64,000 nucleotides of DNA, from positions 36,881-100,880 of IMG/VR virus record IMGVR_UViG_3300044981_000021. One strand, written 5' to 3'. Source of the DNA: a virus. The notes below the pieces were generated by a model, which worked only from the letters and a program-made list of their open reading frames with translations, was not told the origin of the DNA and did no database searches. A program made the position numbers and the translations under genes. Positions 62,039-64,000 of this stretch are shown here, in pieces; the stretch's first letter is position 1; every line of letters begins with the position of its first letter.

Positions 62039-62911
62039 TTACTTCTGTGCGGCGACGGTATCTATGACGTAACGGGCCACAGATTCCGTGGTCAACCTCT
62101 CTCGTGTAACCTTCATCATCGGCTCAATCAATCTATTGTAAAGATCAATTGCCGTATACCGTCCTTCGGGACCATATTCAATCAATCGACGGAACAAATC
62201 GCATTCCTTTTTGGGATAGCGGTGCATTACCATATCAGGAATTGCTTCGACGCAGCGGAAGTACGGAATGCAGTAGTTAGCTAAAATCTCATAATGGCGA
62301 AGACAGTCGAAACCCATTTTTCGCATGGTGGGAGCGAAGTAACTACAAGCATAGCCCGCGTAGTAATCTTTTTCATTATCGTAGATGTAGTTGCGGTTGA
62401 TGAGCGGGTCGTACTCAGCCATGTATCTAGTCTTTGCCGGCGGTTCGGTTAGTATTTTCGACGATGGGATGCCGAAGTGGATGGGATAAATGTTGTCTAC
62501 GCTGCTGCAAAGTTCCCTTTTGAAAGAAATTGCGTGGTCCTGCAATACAAGCGTGTATGGCGAATCCTCCCCGTCAACCGTTACCACCTGATTCTTGGGG
62601 TAGACAGAAACAACGCCGCCGAAATAGAATTGACACCTTTGTATGCTGCCATAGATCACCAGATCGAAATATTTCTTCTGCAATTTGTTAACTATGTCGG
62701 TACGGTCTATGTTCGCATCGGAGCCAAGCATGTGAAACAACGTGAATCCCTTGCCGTGGTGTTCGGTGCCATCGTCTTTGTGGTCGGCATAAAGGTGATT
62801 GATTCGGTTGTAGTCCACCACGTCATCGCCTAGAAGTTGGCGAAGACCCAAAAATAGCGAATCGCACATGTAGTCGGCCAGGTTGCCATTTGATAGAAAC
62901 AAAATTTTCAT
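62039..62911 (-). CDS. Glycosyltransferase-like (GT-B type) protein
   Basis: MKILF..DY..D.L..GLR; DGED; FKRE; GFDCLRHYEILA..CIPYF. Confidence 0.7.
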   Translation of the reverse strand: MKILFLSNGNLADYMCDSLFLGLRQLLGDDVVDYNRINHLYADHKDDGTEHHGKGFTLFHMLGSDANIDRTDIVNKLQKKYFDLVIYGSIQRCQFYFGGVVSVYPKNQVVTVDGEDSPYTLVLQDHAISFKRELCSSVDNIYPIHFGIPSSKILTEPPAKTRYMAEYDPLINRNYIYDNEKDYYAGYACSYFAPTMRKMGFDCLRHYEILANYCIPYFRCVEAIPDMVMHRYPKKECDLFRRLIEYGPEGRYTAIDLYNRLIEPMMKVTRERLTTESVARYVIDTVAAQK

Positions 62912-63537
62912 TTCCTAAACACCACAATCCAATCCTTCCACTGATCCCCGCTGATTACTTCTTCGCCTAACTTGAACTCATATTCGCTGATGTGGCTGTA
63001 GATTAGCTTTACGGGGTCGCCCATGCGTTCTGACCACTTCTCTAGTGCCGTTCCTGAGCCGGGATAGAATCGCCAACAATCTACCGGGCACGGATGGTAC
63101 GGTCCCGAACTAGGAGCTTGAATGTAGATTAAGCCGCCCTTCTTTGTGATGCGAACCATCTCCATAAATAGCAGCCAAAAGAATTCGACATGTTCTAACG
63201 TGGACGATGAAACTACAATATCGGCGTATTCGCTAGGTAGATCGACCTTGTATGGATCGCGGGCTACGATGTCTACGCCTTTCCCGGGGATACAGTCGAT
63301 ACCAACGAACTTGACACCTTCGGGAATCAGTTGGCGAATGGAGCCGTTTATGTCTTGGGAACCAAATTCAACCACGGTCGCGTCTTCAGGTGGAACTTCT
63401 ACGAATTTGTTGAAGAAAAACTTAGCGTTTTCTATTGAGGTTCCATGCATGTAAGCAATAATCCAATCAGCGATTTTGTCGGTTGTTTCCTTGTCGTATA
63501 CGGACGATTCGGCGGTTATGTTACCTGCGATGGCCAT
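62908..63537 (-). CDS. Class I SAM methyltransferase (Methyltransf_11-like)
   Basis: EFGSQDINGS; GID..PGKGVD; LEHVEFFW; DCWRFYP. Confidence 0.9.
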   Translation of the reverse strand: MAIAGNITAESSVYDKETTDKIADWIIAYMHGTSIENAKFFFNKFVEVPPEDATVVEFGSQDINGSIRQLIPEGVKFVGIDCIPGKGVDIVARDPYKVDLPSEYADIVVSSSTLEHVEFFWLLFMEMVRITKKGGLIYIQAPSSGPYHPCPVDCWRFYPGSGTALEKWSERMGDPVKLIYSHISEYEFKLGEEVISGDQWKDWIVVFRK

Positions 63538-63562
63538 TTCACCTATTCGTAAAACTTAAATC

Positions 63563-63808
63563 CTAAAGGATGGCAAAAACAGTCGGCCTTTCCCTTCCAG
63601 TCACAGTTTTGGCAGGTATTTTGTTGTAATAGTGGTTTCGCGAACAGCGATAGGATGTAATCCTGCAATTGTCATCGTGGTAATGGTAAACACCTTTTTC
63701 GTCATATCTAGGCGCGTATCCAAGCGAAGTTACGCTAGTTCCACCTTCGCATACCGTGGACGTTTTCCCTTCCTCTTGGCATTTTTTACAAATCATGGTA
63801 GCGGGCAC
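63563..63808 (-). CDS. Small Zn-ribbon protein
   Basis: CKKC...YRCSRNH. Confidence 0.45.
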   Translation of the reverse strand: MPATMICKKCQEEGKTSTVCEGGTSVTSLGYAPRYDEKGVYHYHDDNCRITSYRCSRNHYYNKIPAKTVTGRERPTVFAIL

Positions 63809-64000
63809 CCATGCCAGCTAAGCTGTCTCCACGAAGGCGGCACGTTCCTCTCGATTTCGATGTTGGTAAACGGTTTGCCTTTTTGTGGTCCTAGTTTCTT
63901 AGCCCATGCAGCCATGCGGCTCAACCCATCTTCAAGCGTTACCTTGGGTTTATAGCCAAAAACCGACTCGCATTTACGATGATCGCTGATGGCGTGTGTG
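63793..64000 (-). CDS. NAD-dependent nucleotide-sugar epimerase/dehydratase, C-terminal fragment
   Basis: HAISDH.K...FGYKPKVTLEDGL.RM..W..IEIERNVPPSW. Confidence 0.7.
   Translation of the reverse strand, partial: THAISDHRKCESVFGYKPKVTLEDGLSRMAAWAKKLGPQKGKPFTNIEIERNVPPSWRQLSWHGCPLP

Overview
This 64-kb window is part of a tailed dsDNA bacteriophage genome, mostly encoded on the - strand. Terminase, portal and major capsid genes are not in the window. The host is unknown; an Acidobacteriota-like soil host is a weak inference. Layout from left to right: (1) 5' part of a tail-fibre-like gene with a signal peptide. (2) Replication and recombination genes at 3-14 kb: primase-helicase, Sak4-like ATPase, PD-(D/E)XK nuclease, LuxR-type HTH. 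(3) An 8-kb array (14027-21913) of 32 CCA-encoding tRNA genes covering all 20 amino acids. Many are atypical, and they are interleaved with homing endonucleases and at least four candidate structured non-tRNA RNAs. (4) A lysis-type cassette: SleB hydrolase, holin-like protein, lipoprotein, papain-like protease. (5) Many small hypothetical genes. (6) A CTAG-rich, early-gene-like block (~32.6-37.5 kb) and a divergent + strand operon, together carrying two ADP-ribosyltransferase-like proteins, two HExxH zincins, a degenerate QueD-like protein and a short tyrosine recombinase. (7) Podovirus-type ejection and tail genes (42-57 kb). (8) A glycosyltransferase/methyltransferase/epimerase cluster. The strongest unexplained signal is a 13-bp palindrome, TACRTTWAAYGTA, with 14 exact and 3 near copies spread over the whole window, often built into gene stop/start junctions. 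A separate 18-bp motif (TARCAACTCCCCTARAAT) looks like a phage late promoter. Several genes carry single-base insertions or nonsense codons, which may be sequencing errors. All calls come from reading motifs by eye; no database searches or folding programs were run.
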